NCBI RefSeq assembly: GCF_963853765.1
Contig: NC_088855.1
Location: forward strand, 27,342,001 to 27,406,000
Direction of reading: 5' to 3'
Length of the DNA stretch: 64,000 nt
Origin: Magallana gigas
Taxonomy: Eukaryota
Shown piece after piece: positions 63,612 through 64,000 of this stretch. The number at the start of each line of letters is the position of its first letter. Within the stretch, counting starts at the first letter, position 1. A program made the translations under genes and the position numbers. Under the pieces are notes generated by a model. The model searched no databases and had not been told where the DNA came from. It was given only the letters and a program-made list of their open reading frames with translations.

Positions 63612-63782
63612 TTTCATGATGATATACGACTTACTTGATACTTGATCAACAGGTTACCGAGTTGTTTTACGAGATACCTAAATCAGTAGCCGATGGATCA
63701 TTAGATAAGTGTATCCGTCGGTATGAACGACAACTGAGGCGCTACGAATCTGAGCTCTCCAACAGAGGAGAATACTTCGGAG
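61740..63782 (+). CDS. GSTO1: Glutathione S-transferase omega, 5' part (continues beyond the window)
   Basis: Exons 61740-61764, 62266-62371, 63253-63472, 63653-63782 splice in frame. [14 protein letters not shown] active site, [19 protein letters not shown] and YFGG motifs. Confidence 0.92.
62524..63091. mobile_element. TACTGTAAACC-TIR MITE containing the hairpin repeat, in GSTO intron 2
   Basis: TACTGTAAACC..CCAACTTTTAT ... ATAAAAGTTGGTTTTCAGTA. Confidence 0.7.
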
Positions 63783-64000
63783 GTAATAAATTATCAAGCA
63801 ATAAAAAATTGGTACACAACGTAATATAAATTTCTGCATGTTTAATTTTTGAATGCTCAATAATTTAGTGCATCCCACGGGAGAGCAATTAGCAAAATAG
63901 AATATGGAATAAGAAAAGATCCTCGAGAAATAATTTTTCAAACATACAAATTAAAAGTGTTAGTGGTTGTTGAACCACACTTATATTATTTACACAGATA

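Overview
AT-rich, intron-containing animal genomic DNA with two assembly gaps. The repeat families and gene content suggest a bivalve, probably an oyster (inference). The left 25 kb holds a tandem array of four-exon minus-strand genes: three complete copies (B, C, D) and the first exon of a fourth (A). Hand splicing shows that exons 1-3 encode a claudin/PMP22-type four-pass membrane domain that joins in frame, through conserved phase-1 introns, to an ATG-less last exon carrying a Pro/Tyr-rich PSAP-containing tail and a C-terminal IAP/MDM2/IDOL-type RING finger. The product is a predicted claudin-like tetraspan E3 ubiquitin ligase. Copy D is head-to-head with a RING-less claudin-like gene; copy C faces a pseudogene of that partner; copies A and B keep only the shared promoter block. 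Further right are a SPATA2/tamozhennic-like gene (PUB-like domain plus two RanBP2 zinc fingers), a decayed Helitron/PIF1 helicase with two nested TIR elements, a LINE 3' end, a single-coding-exon peptide-type GPCR, the 5' part of a glutathione S-transferase omega, and many MITE/HINE-type repeats. All calls were made by eye; no database searches were run.
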